Assembly (NCBI GenBank): GCA_025357945.1
Contig: JANYLJ010000074.1
Span: 28,332-92,331 of the forward strand
Direction: 5' to 3'
Source: Gemmatimonadota bacterium
Lineage (GTDB): Bacteria > Gemmatimonadota > Gemmatimonadetes > Gemmatimonadales > GWC2-71-9
DNA length: 64,000 bases
Positions 63,969 through 64,000 of this stretch are shown in pieces. Position numbers and translations under genes: made by a program. The stretch's first letter is position 1; each line of letters starts with the position of its first letter. The notes beneath the pieces are model-generated. The model ran no database searches and was not told the DNA's origin. It saw only the letters and a program-made list of their open reading frames with translations.

Positions 63969-64000
63969 TCGGCAACGTCGCCTTCACCGTCGCAATCCTC
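63965..64000 (+). CDS. rseP: Probable RIP metalloprotease RseP, first 12 codons only
   Basis: The GTG overlaps the dxr stop (GTGA), and VIGNVAFTVAIL is hydrophobic like RseP N-termini. The conserved position after dxr supports it. The sequence evidence on its own is minimal. Confidence 0.4.
   Translation, partial: MIGNVAFTVAIL

Noticed and set aside
1-64000. CRISPR arrays, rRNA genes, IS elements, prophage, toxin-antitoxin or known defence systems.
   Set aside because: I saw no regularly spaced direct repeats, no rRNA-like conserved stretches and no transposase, integrase or phage-like translations in any tracked ORF. The absence rests on reading by eye, not on a computational search.

Overview
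This is a visibly GC-rich bacterial chromosomal segment (roughly two-thirds G+C by eye, not computed). It is densely packed with core housekeeping genes. I support about 64 protein genes and one tRNA, and all but four are on the + strand.

Most genes sit in long co-directional arrays, and about 30 junctions have overlapping stop/start codons (ATGA, GTGA or TGATG). The recognisable blocks are:
- dprA(partial)-hemW-hrcA-dnaJ-prmA-rsmE-HIT
- a multicopper oxidase with a cytochrome c lipoprotein
- an aminotransferase with a long transketolase-family protein
- rpsU-yqeY-mutS2-dnaG-Zn ribbon-recJ-rsmD-coaD-pta, then a STAS/kinase/GAF-PP2C partner-switching module, then rsmA
- rex-exonuclease-MBL hydrolase
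- infC-rpmI-rplT-pheS-pheT-coiled coil-zapA
- rny-folD-xseA-xseB-ispA-dxs-nadK-recN
- a minus-strand outer-membrane-like hypothetical, tRNA-Leu(UAA) and a minus-strand CheY-like regulator
- aroA-cmk-rpsA
- a five-gene biotin carboxylase operon
- a minus-strand phosphoribosyltransferase/erythromycin-esterase-family pair
- DUF4242
- rplM-rpsI, then rpsB-tsf-pyrH-frr-uppS-cdsA-dxr-rseP(partial)

I saw no rRNA, CRISPR array, transposase, integrase, prophage genes or recognisable defence system.

The non-routine observations are modest:
- A dispersed REP-like hairpin repeat family sits at gene 3' ends.
- A 34-bp near-perfect palindrome follows rpsA.
- A Rex operator overlaps a possibly leaderless rex promoter.
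- A terminator/attenuator-like hairpin lies in the infC leader, and infC has no ATG start.
- The carboxylase operon carries an embedded exported protein of unknown function and an rRNA methyltransferase.
- The partner-switching module has no sigma factor and is wired into a housekeeping array.
- The PRTase/Ere-family pair has no known function.

I did not find convincing evidence for a wholly new multi-gene system. All protein calls rest on motifs read from the supplied translations, not on database searches.
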